From the UHGV virus genome UHGV-0245401: 29,189 nucleotides of DNA. One strand, given 5' to 3'. Source of the DNA: a virus. Below the pieces are notes generated by a model, which worked only from the letters and a program-made list of their open reading frames with translations, was not told the origin of the DNA and searched no databases. Made by a program: the position numbers and the translations under genes. Numbering within the stretch: position 1 is the first letter of the stretch; each line of letters opens with the position of its first letter. This document shows, piece by piece, positions 8,934 to 18,019 of the stretch.

Positions 8934-9047
8934 TTAAAGCATAATGCTGACATTGATATTACTGACGTTTACTGACAAACCACTCGGACTACCGTTTGGA
9001 TAGCCAAAGAGGGCCAGAACGAGAATGCAGTAATAGCATTTCTTCAT
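8934..9047 (-). CDS. Small ORF, 37 aa (MKKCYYCILVLALFGYPNGSPSGLSVNVSNINVSIML), with a hydrophobic signal-peptide-like N-terminus
   Basis: Consensus AGGAGG Shine-Dalgarno 4 nt upstream of the ATG on the minus strand, with the bidirectional terminator directly downstream. Sits in the old/tin accessory position. No homolog recognised. Confidence 0.35.
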   Translation of the reverse strand: MKKCYYCILVLALFGYPNGSPSGLSVNVSNINVSIML

Positions 9048-9110
9048 ATTGCCTCCTGTAAGTAGAGGGCAACTTCCACCGGTATATGCGCTTCTTAGGT
9101 GGAATGACTT

Positions 9111-9125
9111 TTGAGCGAAGTCTTG
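9111..9125 (+). repeat. 15-bp direct repeat TTGAGCGAAGTCTTG, copy 2 of 2
   Basis: Exact copy of 8847-8861. Embedded in GACTT-ttgagcg-AAGTC, which has inverted symmetry. Lies about 65-80 nt upstream of the small ORF start. Confidence 0.6.
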
Positions 9126-9525
9126 CCCTGAAATAATGCTCTGTTTAAACGCAAAGTGATTTGGCATATCACCGAACAGAGAGCCGGAAAAACACAACAT
9201 ATAGTATGTCGTTGTTTCTAGGCATACATTCTATGTTGTGTAACAAGGGCTTTGCATTAAACATGTTTGAGATTTTATTGATGTAGCTCAAAGTAAAAAA
9301 CAGAGACTACGGATGATAAGGTCTTGAAAGCAATGTAAATTTTTTAAAGTTGCCAATTGCTTAAAAATGTACAGTTGCGGTATGGCGTACTTAAAAAGCT
9401 ATGCATGCAACAAGTGAATGTTTTTGCATGCGTTGGGGATGTCCGTTCAGGCGGCGTGCGGTCAGGACTGGTGCGGATCCATAGTATCTATGCAACTGCA
9501 TTAAAACCGCCCCGTGAAGCGGGCG

Positions 9526-9544
9526 GGCGAGGCGGGGAAAGCAC
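9526..9544. other. cos: cos, the 19-nt cohesive end sequence GGCGAGGCGGGGAAAGCAC
   Basis: Exact match to the P2 cohesive-end sequence as I recall it. Located just outside the portal gene Q, as in P2. Confidence 0.7.
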
Positions 9545-9685
9545 TGCGCGCTGGCGGTGGTGCTGATTTTATTTTTTCAGCGTCTGAGCGCGTCGTGATG
9601 GCGTTTAGATTGTTCGCCGGGGCGTTGGTGTGTCTGCGGGCTGTTTTGTGCGGTGGTGAGCGTGTGAGGGCGTGATGGCGGGGTG

Positions 9686-9710
9686 TAAAAAAGCCGCCCG
9701 CAGGCGGCGA
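9686..9710 (-). terminator. Terminator-like hairpin after Q on the minus strand
   Basis: On the minus strand, GCCGCC-tgcgg-GCGGC followed by TTTTTTA immediately after the Q stop. Confidence 0.5.
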
Positions 9711-9713
9711 TGT

Positions 9714-10748
9714 TCAGCCGTTGTCAGTGTCCAGTGAGTAGTTTTTAAAGCGGATGACCTCCTGACCGAGCCAGCCGTTTATTTCCCGAATCCTGTCCTG
9801 TAACGGGATTAGCTCATTGCGGACAAAGACCTTTGCCACTTTCTCAATATCGCCCAGTGACCCGACGTTCTCCGGCTTGCCACCCATCAACTGAAAGGGG
9901 ATGCGGTGTGCGTCCAGCAGGTCAGCGGCGCTGGCTTTTTTGATATTAAAAAAATCGTCCTTCGTCGCCACTTCACTGAGCGGGATAATTTTAATGCCGT
10001 CGGCTTTCCCCTGCGGGGCATAGAGAAACAGGTTTTTAAAGTTGTTGCGGCCTTTCGACTTCACCATGTTTTCGCGAAGCATTTCGATATCGTTGCGATC
10101 CTGCACGGCATCGGTAACGTACATGATGTATCCGGCATGTGCGCCGTTTTCGTAATACTTTCGGCGGAACAGCGTGGCCGACTCATTCAGCCAGGCAGAA
10201 TTAAGGGCGCTGAGATATTCCGGCAGGCCGTACAACTCCTGATTAATATCCGGCTCCAGCAGGTGAAACACGGAGCCGGGTGTGAAGGCTGTCGGCTCGT
10301 TGAAGGACGGCACCCACCAGTAAACATCCTCCTCCACGCCACGGCGGGTATATTTTGCCGGTGAGGTTTCCAGTCTGATGACCTTACCGGTGGTGCTGTA
10401 ACGCTTTTCCAGAAACGCATTACCGAACACCAGAAAATCCAGCACAAAACGGCTGAAATCCTGCTGGGAAAGCCACGGGTGCGGGATAAACGTTGAAGCC
10501 AGAATATTACGTTTGACGTAAATCGGTGAGCTGTGATGCACGGCAGCACGCAGGCTTTTTGCCAGACCGGTAAAGCTGACCGGCGGCTCATACCATCTGC
10601 CGTTACTGATGCACTCGACGTAATCCAGAATGTCACGGCGGTCGAGTACCGGCACCGGCTCGCCAAAGGTGAATGCTTCCATTTTCGGGGCGCTGGCGGT
10701 GATTGTTTTTGCCGCAGGTCGCGGTGTTTTCCCTTTTTTCTTGCTCAT
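9714..10748 (-). CDS. Q: Portal protein gpQ (344 aa)
   Basis: 344-aa ORF starting MSKKKGKTPRPAAKT…, matching P2 Q from memory. Adjacent to cos and upstream-overlapped by P. Confidence 0.93.
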   Translation of the reverse strand: MSKKKGKTPRPAAKTITASAPKMEAFTFGEPVPVLDRRDILDYVECISNGRWYEPPVSFTGLAKSLRAAVHHSSPIYVKRNILASTFIPHPWLSQQDFSRFVLDFLVFGNAFLEKRYSTTGKVIRLETSPAKYTRRGVEEDVYWWVPSFNEPTAFTPGSVFHLLEPDINQELYGLPEYLSALNSAWLNESATLFRRKYYENGAHAGYIMYVTDAVQDRNDIEMLRENMVKSKGRNNFKNLFLYAPQGKADGIKIIPLSEVATKDDFFNIKKASAADLLDAHRIPFQLMGGKPENVGSLGDIEKVAKVFVRNELIPLQDRIREINGWLGQEVIRFKNYSLDTDNG

Positions 10749-12520
10749 CAGTAAAACTCCAGAATGGTGGATGTCAGCGGAGTGCTGATACCGGCGGTGA
10801 GTGGCTCATTTAACAGGGCGTGCATGGTTGCCCAGGCGAGGTCGGCGTGGCTGGCTTCCTCGCTGCGGCTGGCCTCATAGGTGGCGCTGCGTCCGCTGCT
10901 GGTCATGGTCTTGCGGATAGCCATAAACGAGCTGGTGATGTCGGTGGCGCTGACGTCATATTCCAGACAGCCACGGCGGATAACGTCTTTTGCCTTGAGC
11001 ACCATTGCGGTTTTCATTTCCGGCGTGTAGCGGATATCGCGCGCGGCGGGATAGAACGAGCGCACGAGCTGGAACACGCCGACACCGAGGCCGGTGGCAT
11101 CAATACCGATGTATTCGACGTTGTATTTTTCGGTGAGTTTGCGGATGGATTCCGCCTGAGTGGCAAAGTCCATGCCTTTCCACTGGTGACGCTCAAGTAT
11201 TCTGAATTTGCCACCGGCCACCACCGGCGGTGCCAGCACCACGCATCCGGCGCTGTCGCCACGGTGTGACGGGTCGTAACCAATCCATACCGGGCGGGAG
11301 CCGAACGGATTCGCGGCAAACGGCGCATAGTCTTCCCATTCTTCCAGCGTGTCGACCATGCAGCGTTGCAGCTCCTCGAACGGGAACACCGACGCCTTGT
11401 CGTCAACAAATTCACACATGAACAGGTTTTTAAAATCGTCGGCGCTGTTTTCGCGTTTAAGCTGCTCAATGTCGAACAGCGTGCAGCCACCTTTCAGGGC
11501 GTCCTCAATGGTGACAATCTGCCGCCACTGGCCGTCCGCACAGAGAAGCCCACCGGCAAGGGCGTTATGACTGACGTCGATTTCCACGCGTTCGGCGGCG
11601 CTGGCGCGTCCCCGGTTGAACAGTTCACCCGACCAGAACGGATAGGCGTCGTGCGCCAGCGTGGACGGGGTGGAGAAATAGGTCGAGCGCAGGTGACTCT
11701 GTGAGGCCATACCTGATGCCACCTTACGCAGTACCTGAAAATTCGGGATCCAGAAAATCTCATCGACGTACAGGTCGCCGTTATGGCTCTGCGCGGTGTT
11801 GGAGTTGGTGCCGAGAAAAATCAGTTTTGCGCCGTTATTGCCCAGGACAATCGGGTCACCGGTCAGGTCAACGTCAACCAGCCGGGCAAAGGCGATGATG
11901 TATTCGCGGAACACATACGCCTGCGTTTTACTGGCCGACAGAAAAATCTGGTTATGACCGGTTTTCAGGGCGCGCAGCAGCGCCTCGCGGGAAAAATAAA
12001 ACGTCGCGCCAATCTGGCGGGATTTCAGGATATCGCGGATGCGGTGCTCAAGCCCGGCGCGATACCAGTGCAACTGATAGTCGAAAGACTGCTCAAAGAA
12101 AATCTGCTCCAGCTTTTCGATGGCCTCGTCACTGAAAAAATTCTTTTTCGGTTTGCGACGCCCGCCTTTGTTGCGGTTAGCGACGTTCGGATTAAGGTCT
12201 GCCTCGTTGCCGGTCTGACTGTAGCGGTTGACCCGCGCCAGCCGTTCAATCTGGCGTCCCAGCAGGTCAATTTCCTTGAAGTCACCGCCGGTTTTCTGCG
12301 GTTTGATGATGAGCTGGGTCAGCCGCGCTTCCAGACTCATTTCGACACGGCTGATGGGGGCAACGCTGTCCCAGCCGTCGCGCTGTTTCCAGCTCTGCAC
12401 CGTCGGGCGTTTCATCTGCAACATGGCGGCAATCTGCGGCACGGAAAACCCCTGCCAGTACAGCAGCGCCGCCTGACGACGCGGGTCGTGTAAAAGAGTG
12501 GTGTCTGTGGTGATGGTCAT
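10748..12520 (-). CDS. P: Terminase large (ATPase) subunit gpP (590 aa)
   Basis: Start taken at MTITTDTTLLHD…, giving the 590-aa length of P2 P. The ORF track extends 10 codons further upstream. Confidence 0.92.
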   Translation of the reverse strand: MTITTDTTLLHDPRRQAALLYWQGFSVPQIAAMLQMKRPTVQSWKQRDGWDSVAPISRVEMSLEARLTQLIIKPQKTGGDFKEIDLLGRQIERLARVNRYSQTGNEADLNPNVANRNKGGRRKPKKNFFSDEAIEKLEQIFFEQSFDYQLHWYRAGLEHRIRDILKSRQIGATFYFSREALLRALKTGHNQIFLSASKTQAYVFREYIIAFARLVDVDLTGDPIVLGNNGAKLIFLGTNSNTAQSHNGDLYVDEIFWIPNFQVLRKVASGMASQSHLRSTYFSTPSTLAHDAYPFWSGELFNRGRASAAERVEIDVSHNALAGGLLCADGQWRQIVTIEDALKGGCTLFDIEQLKRENSADDFKNLFMCEFVDDKASVFPFEELQRCMVDTLEEWEDYAPFAANPFGSRPVWIGYDPSHRGDSAGCVVLAPPVVAGGKFRILERHQWKGMDFATQAESIRKLTEKYNVEYIGIDATGLGVGVFQLVRSFYPAARDIRYTPEMKTAMVLKAKDVIRRGCLEYDVSATDITSSFMAIRKTMTSSGRSATYEASRSEEASHADLAWATMHALLNEPLTAGISTPLTSTILEFY

Positions 12521-12693
12521 GAATACCTCGCCGTGATGAATACACGGCAAGGCTACTGAGTCGCGCCCCGCGATTCGCTAAGGTGCTGTTGTGTCAGTGA
12601 TAAGCCATCCGGGACTGATGGCGGAGGATGCGCATCGTCGGGAAACTGATGCCGACATGTGACTCCTCTAATCACTATTCAGGACTCCTGACA

Positions 12694-13548
12694 ATGGCAA
12701 AAAAAGTCTCAAAATTCTTTCGTATCGGCGTTGAGGGTGACACCTGTGACGGGCGTGTCATCAGTGCGCAGGATATTCAGGAAATGGCCGAAACCTTTGA
12801 CCCGCGTGTCTATGGTTGCCGCATTAACCTGGAACATCTGCGCGGCATCCTGCCTGACGGTATTTTTAAGCGTTATGGCGATGTGACCGAACTGAAGGCC
12901 GAAAAGATTGACGATGATTCGGCGCTGAAAGGCAAATGGGCGCTGTTTGCGAAAATCACCCCGACCGATGACCTTATCGCGATGAACAAGGCCGCGCAGA
13001 AGGTTTATACCTCAATGGAAATTCAGCCGAACTTTGCCAACACCGGCAAATGTTATCTGGTGGGGCTGGCCGTCACCGATGACCCGGCAAGCCTCGGTAC
13101 GGAATACCTGGAATTCTGCCGCACGGCAAAACACAACCCCCTGAACCGCTTCAAATTAAGCCCTGAAAACCTGATTTCAGTGGCAACGCCCGTTGAGCTG
13201 GAATTTGAAGACCTGCCTGAAACCGTGTTCACCGCTCTGACCGAAAAGGTGAAATCCATTTTTGGCCGCAAACAGGCCAGCGATGACGCCCGTCTGAATG
13301 ACGTGCATGAAGCGGTGACCGCTGTCGCTGAACATGTGCAGGAAAAACTGAGCGCCACTGAGCAGCGCCTCGCTGAGATGGAAACTGCCTTTTCCGCTCT
13401 TAAGCAGGAGGTGACTGACAGGGCGGATGAAACCAGTCAGGCATTCAGCCGCCTGAAAAACAGTCTCGACAACACCGAAAGTCTGACCCAGCAGCGCCGC
13501 AGCAAGGCCACCGGCGGTGGCGGTGACGCCCTGATGACGAACTGCTGA
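12694..13548 (+). CDS. O: Capsid scaffolding protein gpO (284 aa)
   Basis: Start at MAKKVSKFFRIG… gives 284 aa, as in P2 O. Divergent from P across the late-promoter region. Confidence 0.9.
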   Translation: MAKKVSKFFRIGVEGDTCDGRVISAQDIQEMAETFDPRVYGCRINLEHLRGILPDGIFKRYGDVTELKAEKIDDDSALKGKWALFAKITPTDDLIAMNKAAQKVYTSMEIQPNFANTGKCYLVGLAVTDDPASLGTEYLEFCRTAKHNPLNRFKLSPENLISVATPVELEFEDLPETVFTALTEKVKSIFGRKQASDDARLNDVHEAVTAVAEHVQEKLSATEQRLAEMETAFSALKQEVTDRADETSQAFSRLKNSLDNTESLTQQRRSKATGGGGDALMTNC

Positions 13549-13606
13549 CCGGCGTCAGCCAGTCCGGGAAAACCTTCACGATTAACCCTTAATTTCAGGA
13601 AAAACT

Positions 13607-14680
13607 ATGCGCCAGGAAACCCGCTTTAAATTTAATGCCTACCTGTCCCGTGTTGCCGAACTGAACGGCATCGACGCCGGTGATGTGTCGAAAAAATTCA
13701 CCGTTGAACCGTCGGTCACCCAGACCCTGATGAACACCATGCAGGAGTCCTCTGACTTTCTGACCCGCATCAACATTGTGCCGGTCAGCGAAATGAAAGG
13801 GGAAAAAATTGGTATTGGTGTCACCGGCTCCATCGCCAGCACCACCGACACCGCCGGTGGCACCGAGCGTCAGCCGAAGGACTTCTCGAAGCTGGCGTCA
13901 AACAAGTACGAATGCGACCAGATTAACTTCGATTTTTATATCCGCTACAAAACGCTGGACCTGTGGGCGCGTTATCAGGATTTCCAGCTCCGTGTCCGTA
14001 ACGCCATTATCAAACGCCAGTCCCTTGATTTAATCATGGCCGGTTTTAACGGCGTGAGGCGTGCCGAAACCTCTGACCGCAGCAGTAACCCGATGCTGCA
14101 GGATGTGGCGGTCGGCTGGCTGCAGAAATACCGCAATGAAGCCCCGGCGCGCGTGATGAGCAAGGTCACTGACGAGGAAGGGCACACCACCTCTGAGGTT
14201 ATCCGCGTGGGTAAGGGCGGTGATTATGCCAGCCTTGACGCACTGGTGATGGATGCGACCAACAACCTGATTGAACCTTGGTATCAGGAAGACCCTGACC
14301 TTGTGGTGATTGTGGGGCGTCAGCTACTGGCGGACAAGTATTTCCCCATCGTCAATAAGGAGCAGGACAACAGCGAAATGCTGGCCGCTGACGTCATCAT
14401 CAGCCAGAAACGCATCGGTAACCTGCCGGCGGTACGCGTCCCGTACTTCCCGGCGGATGCGATGCTCATCACGAAGCTGGAAAACCTGTCCATCTACTAC
14501 ATGGATGACAGCCATCGCCGCGTGATTGAGGAAAACCCGAAACTCGACCGCGTGGAGAACTACGAGTCAATGAACATTGATTACGTGGTGGAAGACTACG
14601 CCGCCGGTTGTCTGGTGGAAAAAATCAAGGTCGGTGATTTCTCCACACCGGCTAAGGCGACCGCAGAGCCGGGAGCGTAA
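13607..14680 (+). CDS. N: Major capsid protein gpN (357 aa)
   Basis: 357 aa, MRQETRFKFNAYLSRVAELNGID…, matching P2 N in length and sequence. Confidence 0.93.
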   Translation: MRQETRFKFNAYLSRVAELNGIDAGDVSKKFTVEPSVTQTLMNTMQESSDFLTRINIVPVSEMKGEKIGIGVTGSIASTTDTAGGTERQPKDFSKLASNKYECDQINFDFYIRYKTLDLWARYQDFQLRVRNAIIKRQSLDLIMAGFNGVRRAETSDRSSNPMLQDVAVGWLQKYRNEAPARVMSKVTDEEGHTTSEVIRVGKGGDYASLDALVMDATNNLIEPWYQEDPDLVVIVGRQLLADKYFPIVNKEQDNSEMLAADVIISQKRIGNLPAVRVPYFPADAMLITKLENLSIYYMDDSHRRVIEENPKLDRVENYESMNIDYVVEDYAAGCLVEKIKVGDFSTPAKATAEPGA

Positions 14681-14683
14681 CCG

Positions 14684-15427
14684 ATGACGAGTCCCGCACA
14701 GCGCCACATGATGCGGGTCTCGGCAGCGATGACCGCGCAGCGGGAAGCCGCCCCGCTGCGACATGCAACTGTCTATGAGCAGATGCTGGTTAAGCTCGCC
14801 GCAGACCAGCGCACACTGAAAGCGATTTATTCAAAAGAGCTTAAGGCCGCGAAAAAACGCGAACTGCTGCCGTTCTGGTTGCCGTGGGTGAACGGCGTGC
14901 TGGAGCAGGGCAAAGGTGCACAGGATGACATTCTGATGACGGTCATGCTGTGGCGTCTGGATACCGGCGATATTGCCGGTGCGCTGGAGATTGCCCGTTA
15001 TGCCCTGAAGTACGGTCTGACCATGCCGGGTAAACACCGCCGCACCCCGCCGTACATGTTCACCGAGGAGGTGGCGCTTGCGGCCATGCGTGCTCACGCT
15101 GCCGGTGAGTCTGTGGATACCCGCCTGCTGACGGAGACCCTTGAACTGACCGCCACGGCTGACATGCCTGATGAAGTGCGCGCAAAGCTGCACAAAATCA
15201 CCGGTCTGTTTCTGCGTGACGGTGGTGATGCCGCCGGTGCGCTGGCTCACCTGCAACGTGCGACACAGCTCGACTGTCAGGCAGGCGTCAAAAAAGAGAT
15301 TGAACGACTGGAGCGGGAGCTGAAACCGAAGCCGGAGCCGCAGCCCAAAGCGGCCACCCGTACCCCGCGTAAGACCCGGAGCGTGACACCGGCAAAACGT
15401 GGACGCCCGAAAAAGAAAGCCAGTTAA
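14684..15427 (+). CDS. M: Terminase small (endonuclease) subunit gpM (247 aa)
   Basis: 247 aa with a basic C-terminal tail, in the P2 M position after N. Confidence 0.9.
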   Translation: MTSPAQRHMMRVSAAMTAQREAAPLRHATVYEQMLVKLAADQRTLKAIYSKELKAAKKRELLPFWLPWVNGVLEQGKGAQDDILMTVMLWRLDTGDIAGALEIARYALKYGLTMPGKHRRTPPYMFTEEVALAAMRAHAAGESVDTRLLTETLELTATADMPDEVRAKLHKITGLFLRDGGDAAGALAHLQRATQLDCQAGVKKEIERLERELKPKPEPQPKAATRTPRKTRSVTPAKRGRPKKKAS

Positions 15428-15526
15428 CAACCGAATGCGCCCCGCGCCAGGGCGGCACGCCGGTCAGTGAGGGTGAATCACCTGACGCTGTACCGGCGTC
15501 CACCGCCCGACTTTTCAGAGGTAGTC

Positions 15527-16036
15527 ATGATGACGCTGATTATTCCGCGAAAGGAGGCTCCCGTGTCCGGTGAGGGTACGGTGGTCATCCCGCAACCGGC
15601 AGGCGACGAGCCGGTGATTAAAAACACGTTCTTTTTTCCCGATATCGACCCGAAGCGCGTCCGGGAACGTATGCGCCTTGAGCAGACCGTCGCCCCCGCC
15701 CGTCTGCGTGAGGCCATCAAGTCAGGCATGGCGGAGACGAATGCGGAGCTGTACGAGTACCGCGAACAGAAAATTGCCGCCGGTTTTACGCGTCTGGCGG
15801 ACGTCCCGGCGGACGACATCGACGGTGAAAGCATCAAGGTTTTTTACTACGAGCGCGCCGTGTGTGCGATGGCGACCGCGTCGCTTTATGAGCGTTATCG
15901 CGGCGTGGATGCCAGTGCGAAAGGCGACAAAAAGGCCGACAGCATAGACAGCACCATTGATGAGCTGTGGCGGGATATGCGCTGGGCGGTGGCGCGTATC
16001 CAGGACAAGCCGCGCTGCATCGTGAGTCAAATCTGA
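15527..16036 (+). CDS. L: Head completion protein gpL (169 aa)
   Basis: Start at MMTLIIPRKEAPVSGEG… gives 169 aa, as in P2 L. Confidence 0.88.
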   Translation: MMTLIIPRKEAPVSGEGTVVIPQPAGDEPVIKNTFFFPDIDPKRVRERMRLEQTVAPARLREAIKSGMAETNAELYEYREQKIAAGFTRLADVPADDIDGESIKVFYYERAVCAMATASLYERYRGVDASAKGDKKADSIDSTIDELWRDMRWAVARIQDKPRCIVSQI

Positions 16037-16239
16037 TGAAGACCTTTGCGCTACAGGGCGACACGCTCGACGCCATTTGTGTCCGGTATTACGGGCGCAC
16101 TGAGGGCGTGGTTGAGACCGTGCTCGCCGCAAATCCGGGACTGTCTGAACTGGGTGCGGTGCTGCCACACGGCACCGCCGTCGAACTGCCCGACGTTCAG
16201 ACCGCGCCCGTGGCTGAAACTGTCAATCTGTGGGAGTAA
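16036..16239 (+). CDS. X: Tail protein gpX (67 aa)
   Basis: MKTFALQGDTLDAICVRYYGRTEGV…, with start overlapping the L stop (TGATG). Confidence 0.8.
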   Translation: MKTFALQGDTLDAICVRYYGRTEGVVETVLAANPGLSELGAVLPHGTAVELPDVQTAPVAETVNLWE

Positions 16240-16242
16240 CGC

Positions 16243-16524
16243 ATGACAGCAGAAGAAAAAAGCGTCCTGTCGCTTTTCATGATTGGGGTGCTGATTGTTG
16301 TCGGCAAGGTGCTTGCCGGTGGTGAACCCATCACCCCGCGTCTGTTTATCGGGCGCATGTTGCTCGGTGGTTTTGTCTCGATGGTTGCCGGTGTTGTTCT
16401 GGTGCAGTTTCCTGACCTGTCACTGCCTGCGGTGTGCGGCATCGGCTCCATGCTGGGTATCGCCGGTTATCAGGTGATTGAGATTGCCATTCAGCGCCGT
16501 TTTAAGGGCAGGGGGAAACCGTAA
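16243..16524 (+). CDS. Y: Holin gpY (93 aa)
   Basis: 93-aa protein with hydrophobic membrane-spanning segments and a charged C-terminus, first gene of the lysis cassette. Confidence 0.85.
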   Translation: MTAEEKSVLSLFMIGVLIVVGKVLAGGEPITPRLFIGRMLLGGFVSMVAGVVLVQFPDLSLPAVCGIGSMLGIAGYQVIEIAIQRRFKGRGKP

Positions 16525-17021
16525 TGCCGGTAATTAACACGCACCAGAATATCGCCGCCTTTCTCGACATGCTGGCCGTGTCCGAAGGGACGGCGAATCA
16601 TCCGCTGACGAAAAACCGGGGCTATGACGTGATAGTCACCGGACTGGACGGGAAGCCGGAAATTTTCACCGACTACAGTGACCACCCGTTCGCGCATGGC
16701 CGACCGGCGAAGGTGTTTAACCGTCGCGGTGAAAAATCCACGGCCTCCGGTCGCTATCAGCAGCTTTACCTGTTCTGGCCGCATTACCGCAAACAGCTTG
16801 CCCTGCCGGATTTCAGTCCGTTGTCACAGGACAGACTCGCCATTCAGTTGATCCGCGAACGCGGTGCGCTGGATGACATCCGGGCGGGGCGCATTGAGCG
16901 CGCCATTTCACGCTGTCGCAATATCTGGGCGTCCCTGCCGGGTGCCGGTTACGGTCAGCGTGAGCATTCACTGGAAAAACTGGTCACCGTCTGGCGTACC
17001 GCCGGCGGCGTACCGGCTTAA
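16524..17021 (+). CDS. K: Endolysin gpK (165 aa), lambda R-like transglycosylase
   Basis: …LDMLAVSEGTANHP…GYDVIVTG… is the lambda-R/P2-K lysozyme signature. Start overlaps the Y stop. Confidence 0.9.
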   Translation: MPVINTHQNIAAFLDMLAVSEGTANHPLTKNRGYDVIVTGLDGKPEIFTDYSDHPFAHGRPAKVFNRRGEKSTASGRYQQLYLFWPHYRKQLALPDFSPLSQDRLAIQLIRERGALDDIRAGRIERAISRCRNIWASLPGAGYGQREHSLEKLVTVWRTAGGVPA

Positions 17022-17035
17022 ACGGAGTAAACACC

Positions 17036-17461
17036 ATGAAGAAATTATCCCTTTCACTGACGCTGAACGTGTCGCTGGCGCTGATGCTGGCACTGTCCCT
17101 GATTTACCCGCAGAGCGTGGCCGTTAATTTTGTCGCCGCCTGGGCGATTATGGCGACGGTTATCTGTGTGGTTGCCGGTGGTGTCGGCGTGTATGCCACG
17201 GAGTATGTACTGGAACGCTACGGGCGGGAGCTGCCGCCGGAATCGCTGGCCGTGAAGATTGTCACGTCGCTGTTTTTGCAGCCGGTGCCGTGGCGCAGAC
17301 GGGCGGCGGCTCTGGTAGTGATGGTGGCGACGTTTATCTCGCTGGTCGCTGCCGGGTGGATTTTTACTGCGCTGATTTATCTCGTGGCGTCGCTGTTTTT
17401 CCGGCTGATACGCACGGCCTGCCGTCAGCGTCTTGAGGGGCGGGAACTATGTCAAAGCTGA
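17036..17461 (+). CDS. lysA: LysA, lysis-timing membrane protein (141 aa)
   Basis: Highly hydrophobic 141-aa protein in the P2 lysA position. Confidence 0.75.
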   Translation: MKKLSLSLTLNVSLALMLALSLIYPQSVAVNFVAAWAIMATVICVVAGGVGVYATEYVLERYGRELPPESLAVKIVTSLFLQPVPWRRRAAALVVMVATFISLVAAGWIFTALIYLVASLFFRLIRTACRQRLEGRELCQS

Positions 17462-17874
17462 TGATTGCACTGGTCGTGTTGTTATCGCTGGCGGTGGCGG
17501 GGCTGTTTCTGGCGAAGCATGAAAACGCCAGACTGCGCGCCTCACTGGACAGGGCGAACAACGTCGCCAGTGAACAGCAGGCGACTATCTCCATGCTGAA
17601 AAATCAGCTTCATGTTGCCCTCTCAAGGGCAGACAAAAACGAGCTGGCGCAGGTGGCACTGCGTCAGGAACTGGAGAACGCCGCGAAGCGTGAAGCACAG
17701 CGCGAGAAAACCATCACGAGGTTACTCAATGAAAACGAAGATTTTCGCCGCTGGTATGGTGCTGACCTGCCTGATGCTGTGCGCCGGTTGCACCAGCGCC
17801 CCGCATGCACCGACGCCAGTGATTGTCGCCAACGCCTGCCCGAAAGTGAGCCTTTGCCCGATGCCGGGCAGTGA
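17449..17874 (+). CDS. lysB: LysB, Rz-like inner-membrane spanin (141 aa)
   Basis: N-terminal transmembrane segment followed by a coiled-coil periplasmic domain. Overlaps the lysA stop. Confidence 0.8.
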   Translation: MSKLMIALVVLLSLAVAGLFLAKHENARLRASLDRANNVASEQQATISMLKNQLHVALSRADKNELAQVALRQELENAAKREAQREKTITRLLNENEDFRRWYGADLPDAVRRLHQRPACTDASDCRQRLPESEPLPDAGQ

Positions 17875-18019
17875 TCCGCAGACGAACGGCGATTTAAGTG
17901 CCGATATCCGGCAGCTTGAGAACGCGCTGGCACGCTGTGCCAGCCAGGTAAAAATGATTAAACACTGTCAGGACGAAAACGATGCTCAAACCCGACAGCC
18001 TGCGCAGGGCGCTGACTGA
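17729..18019 (+). CDS. lysC: LysC, Rz1-like outer-membrane lipoprotein spanin, nested in a second frame of lysB and extending into R
   Basis: Start at MKTKIFAAGMVLTCLMLCAGC… gives a signal peptide with a cysteine-containing lipobox-like motif and a proline-rich mature part, as in P2 lysC. Confidence 0.7.
   Translation: MKTKIFAAGMVLTCLMLCAGCTSAPHAPTPVIVANACPKVSLCPMPGSDPQTNGDLSADIRQLENALARCASQVKMIKHCQDENDAQTRQPAQGAD

Noticed and set aside
8934-9200. 88-aa version of the small minus-strand ORF starting at 9200
   Set aside because: There is no ribosome-binding site at the upstream ATG, whereas the internal ATG at 9047 follows a consensus AGGAGG. The shorter form is more plausible, and even that is low confidence.
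8632-9525. Possible retron or other reverse-transcriptase cargo at the A-cos junction
   Set aside because: The interval has no ORF long enough for a reverse transcriptase, only short ORFs and repeats.
9357-9566. 69-aa + strand ORF spanning the cos site
   Set aside because: It would be cut by cos cleavage in the virion, has no RBS and gives a low-complexity glycine- and arginine-rich translation.
10187-12545. Multiple 60-236-aa ORFs antisense to, or in alternate frames of, Q and P (for example 10187-10666, 11014-11490, 11366-11704, 11783-12493)
   Set aside because: They lie entirely inside well-supported terminase and portal genes in GC-rich DNA, where long spurious ORFs are expected. None has start signals or a recognisable product.
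12521-12693. Ogr-type late-promoter activator sites (TGT-N12-ACA) in the P-O divergent region and upstream of V and FI
   Set aside because: Late promoters should exist here by gene order, but I could not find an exact TGT-N12-ACA dyad by eye, only near matches (for example TGTGCCATTCCAGACAC upstream of V). Not annotated without a proper motif search.
14831-16168. Antisense ORFs across M, L and X (14831-15430, 15478-15837, 15722-16168)
   Set aside because: Same reasoning: arginine- and proline-rich translations typical of the reverse frame of GC-rich coding sequence.
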